NCBI RefSeq assembly: GCF_006345805.1 | Contig: NC_042997.1 | Location: 35,650,001-35,714,000 of the forward strand | Reading direction: 5' to 3' | Length of the DNA: 64,000 nt | Source of the DNA: Octopus sinensis | Taxonomy: Eukaryota | Shown: positions 56,084-64,000 of the stretch, piece after piece | How positions within the stretch are numbered: position 1 is the stretch's first letter | Layout: each line of letters opens with the position of its first letter | Position numbers and translations under genes: made by a program | The notes under the pieces: generated by a model | Told to the model about the DNA's origin: nothing | What the model saw: only the letters and a program-made list of their open reading frames with translations | Database searches by the model: none

Positions 56084-56740
56084 AACAAACTTATCCATAT
56101 GTATGTATATGCGTATGTATGTGTGACTCTATGTGCATGTGGTTTGAGAATATTCGCTTCAGAGATTCCCTCACACACTGATTTCCGGATTGTCGTTTAC
56201 GCTCTCAATTCAAAAACGAGTAATATTAACTACCTATTTTATTCGTCGGCGATCGACTAGTTGACGTAGCATTTAAGTTCTGTCATGAATATAAACGACA
56301 AATATTTTCATGCATATAGTTAAGCTTTGTTGACAAATGTATTCGTGCGTGTATGTATGTGCGTAGGCGTGCTTTATGTACGTACGTGTATGTTCACAGG
56401 TGACTGTGCATGTCTGGGTGTTTTTCTCGAGTACAACATATATTTCATAAGTTCATATAATCACGATTCATGACTGAATTACTATTATACGCGCATTGCT
56501 GATATCGTAAGAGATAGATGGCAATGAATCTACTATATGTATCGGTTAATAAATGTAATATTTCTTTAAGCGAATAGATTAATTAATTTTTGCTTCACTG
56601 ATGTTTTCAATGATTAGCTCGGAAATTCAAAATTTTATTGCATTCTCTTTTCTGAAATAGCGCTGAATGCATATCACTCTTCCATGCAAAGGTGACACAC
56701 GTACATTCCTACACGCATGCACACACATGCATATATATAT

Positions 56741-56990
56741 AGTCAATAATAAAAGGGTAAAATTAATTGATTATTAATTAATTTTACCAAGTAGTGTTCA
56801 GTATGTAAAAATACCATTTACGGTATTTTTAAAACATTACGTTATATAATTAGGGTTCAGTAAAATAATTTACTTGACCACACACCGAACTTTTAGAAAA
56901 AGCAGCCAAAAAAATCTTAGCTATTTCCTCTACTATAAGAAAAGTCTTCCAGACAATGTATACTCAAAAATAACTCACTAATTATATAAA
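56741..56990. mobile_element. Diverged remnant of the PLE family at 12516-13360
   Basis: Aligns with 12516-12610 and with the reverse complement of 13200-13365. Confidence 0.65.
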
Positions 56991-59589
56991 ATAATGTTTC
57001 ATATATATATTTATATATATATATTTATATGTGTGCGTGTGTGTGTGTGTGCGTGTGTGTGCGTGTGTTTGTGTGTGTGTGTGTGTGTGTATAGCTGGAT
57101 GTTGTTTCAATATGAATGTTATTTCGGTTGATATCAGTTGATACGATATTTGCTATCAAGCTATCAAGCATGAATAAGTTTCGCTTAAGGTTTCACAATG
57201 GCTCACCACATGAATTCATCTTCTAATAGGGCGTGAATCTTCAACACATGTTGTTCCTAACGTCTGTCAAATTATATTTAGTTATTTTCAATACAATACA
57301 ATCTGCAGAATATTTCAATAGGTGTATATTTTCGTGAGCTTGTTTGAATCGTGACATTTACAAGGCAAATATATAGCAATGTTTCAAAAATGATATTTAA
57401 GTAACTTCAGCGTGTTTTAATGTAGGTATCTCTCCTTCATTGTTGAAGGAAAATTGACATAGATTCATGAAATGGAAATAATTAGATTTTTAACTTACAT
57501 TTTCTAACCTCAATGGACACCTGGAATATTTTTTAGCAGATCACATTTGCAATTTGAAATGGAAAGCAACATAATTTTTATCTGTTTCTAACACCGGGGA
57601 ATATATCCAATGAATTTATAATTCGTTTTATATTTGCAAACATCTTGTTTGTGGAAGTGCTGTCCAACGCATGATTTGCATACCAAACGTTAATAGACTT
57701 CTGGAGTCATCACGAAATAATGCACACCGTTAGAGGACCTTTTATACAGCGCACACACCCTTCTCACGGATATCACTCTCCGCCCACTAGGTCGACTGGC
57801 CTGTCCTCGATATTAAGTCCTTCTCATGATCATTGGCAGCATGCAAATTGTGCAGGTTAGACTTGCTATATGGGCAAATATATACCTGCAGTAAATCTTC
57901 TCCAGCCTGGATTTATCAGCCCAATTTGAAATAGAAGTAAGTGTATTACTAAAGTCATTTATTGTGTTAAGACCAGGACATACATTTTACTAGCAACAAT
58001 TAAATGGGTAATTAATTATATATGTAAAGAGTCGCTTAGCTAGAATGGAGTTATCGCTTCCTTCATTCATATATACTTAAAAGAAAGAGCAAAGATGCAG
58101 TTCACTTTTGATCCCTTTACTGAAACTAATGAAACCAATATATAACCACTGCATTGACAAGTATGTACCTTTGTTCTGAAGTAGCAAATAAAAAATTTTC
58201 GTGGTTAAATAAAATTGTTGTTAAACGTTTATGTCATGTCATATATTGCTGAGTCAAACATCATATACAGAATATATACTGAGTTAGAAACTACTGCTTT
58301 GTACCTTTGCGTCATAGAAGTGCGTGCAGTATCAATAAAAGTAGAAAGAGTTTTAAAATGTTCACTGACAACTACAAAAGAAGTAGGAACCATGTTATTT
58401 TTGTATATGTTAGATGCAATTATGAGAAAAAGAAGTTGAGGTGCATGGCAAATTTTAATCATGTAAAAGGAAATATATGTACAGGCAAATAGGAAACATT
58501 AACCATATTTTAAAACCCCAAAATTAGATAGAAGGGAAAAAAAAGTATATGGATACGTCTGAGAGAAAATTATTTCATGAACACATCAATGAAAATCGAT
58601 AAGACTGAAACTAAAGGGACTATTAGTCGGGCCGTTTCTTTAGTGAATATAAATGGTTTGCTGAAGAACGAAAATTAAAAATTAAGTAAAGAATCTAAAG
58701 ATAAGGAAAGTAAAATAAGAAGTATGCGTAAAATTTTGAACATTTTAAAACGAACATAATTACAAGTATATTAGCTGATATTCATCAATTTCGTTTAGTA
58801 TATACGTTGCATTAATCTTATATAAAAGAAAGATTGTATTATAAGTGCCACGATATAATAAGCGACGTTTAATGCACTCTGAATATAAGACGAGCGAAGG
58901 GAAGGTTTACTCTTCATCAATAGTGTTCTGATTGCTTTTAACCAATAGTTATTTTCAGAATTACCTGTGAATCAATATGCTGATTGCTGGCGATAATACA
59001 AGGAATATCCACCGAACCTACTATTTCACTAATCAAAATTTATAGTTTCAGAACTGTGAACATTACTTTTGGAAATGTCCTATTTAATGAAGACTACGAT
59101 ATTATATTGAAAAAATAAAACAAAAAGAGAAAAGCTACACATAAATTTATATTCACATTATCTTTAGAAATGCATTTACAAAATCGCACAAACACATATA
59201 CATACGCACATTTTGAAAGATTAGCTTCTAGTTCTAAAACTAGTTTAACCACTCAGATCGACTCGATTGAAATGCTCTTTTACATTTGCTCATAGCATGA
59301 ATATACTAACATATACCTACACATATCTACATTAATAAGAACGATACAGTCATCTCCCTTTCCTTATCTCCTGCTGGCATTTTTGCTAATATATAAATAC
59401 AGGAGTACAGATATGCATACAAATGTAGGCATACCTATATGACTGTGTGTGCGTGTGTGCATATATATATATATATGCACACACGCGCACGCAGATATAT
59501 ATTTTGTGCGTGTGTCTGTGTGTGTGCGTGTGTGTGAGTGTGTATGCATGTCTGTATACATAAATATAGAATTAGATGTTTCGACTAAA

Positions 59590-60510
59590 GGTTGGTCCAG
59601 GCCCTGTCCAACTGAGTAGCACCACCTGGTATGATTATCTAAATCCCTTTTTAAGTCAAGTTTTGTGCTATCACGGTCCATTCAAGTAGTGAGTCGCTGT
59701 TGAGTTAGTTGTATCCAGGTATAGGTGGCTTAGCTGGTATTCCTTGAAGAAATTTGTCCAGCCTCCGTTTAAAGGTGATGGATCTTTTCCATTTTGATCA
59801 GTTTTGGGACAATGCTAAACAGAGCAGGGCCTCTTGAGGAAACGGAATTGTGTCGCAGCGTACCTATATGTTCTGATCCTGAATTGGGAAGGGGACGTAT
59901 GGCCCGTGGTCCAAGCCTTGGATGAACCTTGAAGCTAATGTTCAGGTCATTTGGACAAAGATGGTGGTATATTCTCAACATCGGGAAAATGAGGTACTGC
60001 TCGCGGCGGTGCTGGAGAGAGTAGAGTTTCAAGACGTTAAAGTGGTCCCATTATCAACCTTATTGTTGTTCCTACGAGTTATATCAACCTCTAACTGAGA
60101 TTGTTATCAACAATTAGTTCTAGGTCTCTGATATTATTAGTTGTGAGCGCTTCCCCTGAAGGAAGAGAGTATGGCTGTTTTAGTATTGCCTTTCTTCCGA
60201 AAGGCATCAGCTGAAATTTTTCCTCGTTTAGTTGGATTTTTTTTTTGTTTTCCTATTGACTCACCGCATATAGATCAGACTGGAGTTGTGTTCAACCTTC
60301 TTTTTCATTGATGATTTGCTGGAGCTTAGTGTCATCAGCAACTATTTTCACTTTGCAGTGTTTTACGACGCTGGAAAGGTCGTTTATAAAGATTATAAAG
60401 AGGAGCGGGACCAAGACATTCCCTGAGAGACACGACTTTCTTGCTTCTGACGTTGGGCAGTAGAGGAGATGCCATTGTGTCTTATATGTTGAACAACTCT
60501 GGTATCAGCA
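59590..60510 (-). mobile_element. Decayed CR1/L2-type LINE (RT core and C-terminus, internally deleted)
   Basis: VSQG..VLVPLLFIIFINDL..KIVADDTKL and KLYSLQHRREQYLI. Confidence 0.88.
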
Positions 60511-61377
60511 TTTTTTTTATAAATTCGAGTTTCAGAGATATGTGGAATGTGTGTGTTTGTGTGTTTGCGTGTACGTGTGTGTACATGCATACCTATATTC
60601 CAATTTGTACGAAGCTCTGCTGCATTTAATTATGGAAATTTTATTGGAACCTAGGGACATATTTACAAAATATGATGTCACCATGTGACATTTAATATCA
60701 AATATAACGACGAACAAGGCCATATATTGCTGCTAGTATAACATTCATTTCTTATTTGGAACATAGGCTTTCTACATAACTGAAGGCAAATTTTATCGGA
60801 TGTGCGTAAGCAATCAAACTCTAAAAACATACTATCACTTAGAAATAGATAAATATAATTCAATATACTGCTACTCTAAGAATCTCGTATACATTTGTTT
60901 TAAAAGTATAATCCATGTGATTATAAACTGTAAAATTACCTGTGGTTTAGCACTTAGTACATGCTGAATGATAATACGCGATTACAACGGTGTAGTTTAT
61001 CCAGGTACCGATCATCCGCAGTCTCATCATTATTCTTTTTAAAACCTTTAGAGCTTTCATAAGATTTTAGCAATTATATACGAGATGACCGGACACAGGG
61101 TGCTTCTATTCAAATATATTTTATTTTCAAGATGCTGGAAAATGACTTCCACTATTCTTAGTACTTCTAGCTGTACTTTGGATTACATAAAGACGTCCTT
61201 TCTCTTTTGTTGTTCTTCCTATATTTATCTTTTATTTTGTAAACATATAGAACCACTCTTCTAAGGAAAGTTTCCAGTGGTAACAATAACAACGTTTATT
61301 ATTTTTGCAGTTGCTGTTCTAGTCTAAATATTTTTGCAGTTGCTGTTCTAGACTAAATACACATGCACACCGACCGG

Positions 61378-61379
61378 TA

Positions 61380-61434
<55 letters not shown>

Positions 61435-61444
61435 ATATCTATCG

Positions 61445-61520
<76 letters not shown>

Positions 61521-61543
61521 GTCTATATATCTATCTATCTATG

Positions 61544-61630
<87 letters not shown>

Positions 61631-61822
61631 TCATTCTTTTTATTTTATTCAATTTTTTTTGTTTTTGTTCTTTTCTTCCCTTTTACGATCCCTCTTGATC
61701 GAAAACCTACGCCACCCCCCTTTTTTTTCTTTTGTTTTTTGTTCTCTTCATCCCCCAAAAGAAAAGCTCTACCTTGTAACTTGTCCCATCTGTGTGTAGC
61801 CCTGTGTGGCCAATAAAGAAAC

Positions 61823-61896
<74 letters not shown>

Positions 61897-62108
61897 CTGT
61901 CTGTCTGTTTGTCTGTCTATCTATCCATCTATATATCTGTCTGTCTGTCCGTCTGTCTGTCTATCCATCTATATATCTGTATGTCTGTCTGTCCGTCTGT
62001 CTGTCTGTCTATCTGTTTGTCCCTCTGTCCTTCCGTTTGTCTGTCTGTCTGCCTATCTATCTATCTATCTATGTATCTATCTATCTATCTATCTACCTAC
62101 CTACGTAC

Positions 62109-62151
<43 letters not shown>

Positions 62152-62164
62152 CCTACCTACCTAC

Positions 62165-62226
<62 letters not shown>

Positions 62227-62245
62227 GTCTGTCTATCTATTTATC
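61378..62245. repeat. (TCTA)n/(TCTG)n array interrupted by the ~200-bp element
   Basis: Seen directly. Confidence 0.97.
61625..61823 (+). mobile_element. Second copy of the (TCTA)n-embedded element
   Basis: Homologous to 7583-7783. Confidence 0.65.
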
Positions 62246-63046
62246 TGGTTGTCTATTATGAAAATTAAATGCAGGCACTGGAGCAAAGCATATGTTTGGA
62301 AGCAATCACATCTAGATGGAAGTCGATGAGATGAGGTCTATTTAGAATATTTACAGACTCCAATTTTCAGAAGCAGGAGCGTGCCAAAATTTTGATACAA
62401 ATGATACAAAGCCCATTTTCATGTGACAAATGGCACATTTCGTTTTCCTGATCTCTTTAATGATCTACAATCTAGGGTTCTAGATTATTGTATATGGCAA
62501 GTGTATTATACTTGGTAGATAATCAATATGATGAACAGACTGGAAGTATGTGAGGTTTTTATTTTCTATGTTTTTTCATTCGTATATCTGACAATGACAC
62601 AGTCCAAGATTGTTTCAATCCTTTATATTTGTATTCGTATCCGTATGACTTCTTTACAACTGTTCCATGGATATAACTGTTAACTAATGAAAAAACTCGG
62701 TAAAGTAATTAACATTCATTTCAATGCATTTGACATTACATAACGCCTTGGTAAGCAAGGCACATTGTTGTATCCGACTTCTCTATATTTTATATCTAAT
62801 ATATCTAATAATACTGGAATAATTACAATATCAAGCTATGTTCCAAGGAATGGTTATTTTAATTCTGCTAATTTTCACTTTCAATGTTATAAGTAAAATC
62901 GATAATTCATTATCAATTACATTACAAGAGACTAAGACTAATTCCTGGAAAAAAAGTGATAGCGTTGCAATTAGAATGGGAGATATGCTTCATGAATACT
63001 AATATCTTTTGAAATATTTATATACACATATATATGCATATATGCA

Positions 63047-63077
<31 letters not shown>

Positions 63078-63363
63078 AGTGTGGATGTATATATACATTT
63101 GCATGTATATGTATATGTGTGTGTGAATATATATATATATATATATATATACATATGTATGCATATTGTATATTTATGTGTGTGTCTACGTATGCGTGCG
63201 TATGCATATGAATATGTCACACTTCCTAGGGCTTCCTATATCTGTAAAAATGTTTATTTGATGGATGTTGTTTATATCTTTCCTGATGAGATTGAAGCAG
63301 AGCTGACCACAGTTTGGACGTATTTTGAATGCATTCATCGAAGCTTATGTAGAAGATATGAAG

Positions 63364-63395
<32 letters not shown>

Positions 63396-63424
63396 AATTT
63401 GTGCTGCTTTTAAATAAATTATAG

Positions 63425-63456
<32 letters not shown>

Positions 63457-64000
63457 ATATTGCATATGCATATACTACGTGTTCATAAGTGTCTGCATGT
63501 ATGAATTTATTTATGCATGCATATATACTCCCCCATCTACTAGTTGGCGTTTGATTAACTGAAGCTGGCGGATTCGCCATGGGAATATATAAGATCGACT
63601 TTCGCTTTACAATTACAATATATGCAGACGAACATATACAGAAAGAGAAAGAGAAAGTGAGAATGAAAAATGAGAGAGGGAAGGGGAGACAGAGAGTATA
63701 GAAGAAGCAGGGAAAGATTCACTTACGAATAGACCGCAGTACAGAGAGGGGTTTAATAATATATGTACTCTTTTCGGTAGAAATGTAAACACATTTTGTT
63801 GCTTAAACAGTCTCATTAATAAGGTAGATCTCTAAATGACATTTTTTCAATCATTAATCTATTTCTTATAAACAAACAAACGACTGTCTTGTCTACTCCC
63901 TGACGTATGTTTCTTATTGTAAACATAATACTTATCAAAGGACAGAAAACACTATATATGAACAAAAAGTACACCAACGCACGAAATAATTAGTACAGGA

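Noticed and set aside
57720-57920. Possible RTE 3' remnant (FAHIASL)
   Set aside because: Too degenerate to support.
61302-61358. ~28-bp tandem duplication
   Set aside because: Ordinary local slippage.

Overview
AT-rich, microsatellite-dense eukaryotic non-coding DNA, intergenic or deep intronic. The SINE, LINE and Penelope repertoire looks like a coleoid cephalopod (Octopus-type) genome; this is recognition from memory, not a database hit. I can support no host protein-coding gene, tRNA/rRNA gene or CRISPR array. Nearly all long ORFs in the track are (TA)n/(TCTA)n/(CA)n artefacts or decayed transposon frames. The window holds three tRNA-derived SINE families in many copies, RTE-, R4/Dong- and CR1/L2-type LINE fragments, a decayed mariner, two non-autonomous Helitrons, two foldback elements and many Penelope-like element (PLE) remnants. 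The main unexplained signal is about ten type-I hammerhead ribozyme motifs from at least six PLE-like families. These include a same-strand pair with intact cores 498 nt apart (retrozyme/circRNA-like layout), a copy inside a young ~310-bp inverted repeat, and a U3-A8 compensatory core variant. A second signal is a ~200-bp element found twice inside (TCTA)n arrays, whose 3' tail is shared with one SINE family. Folds, alignments and identities were done by eye; coordinates are good to a few bases.
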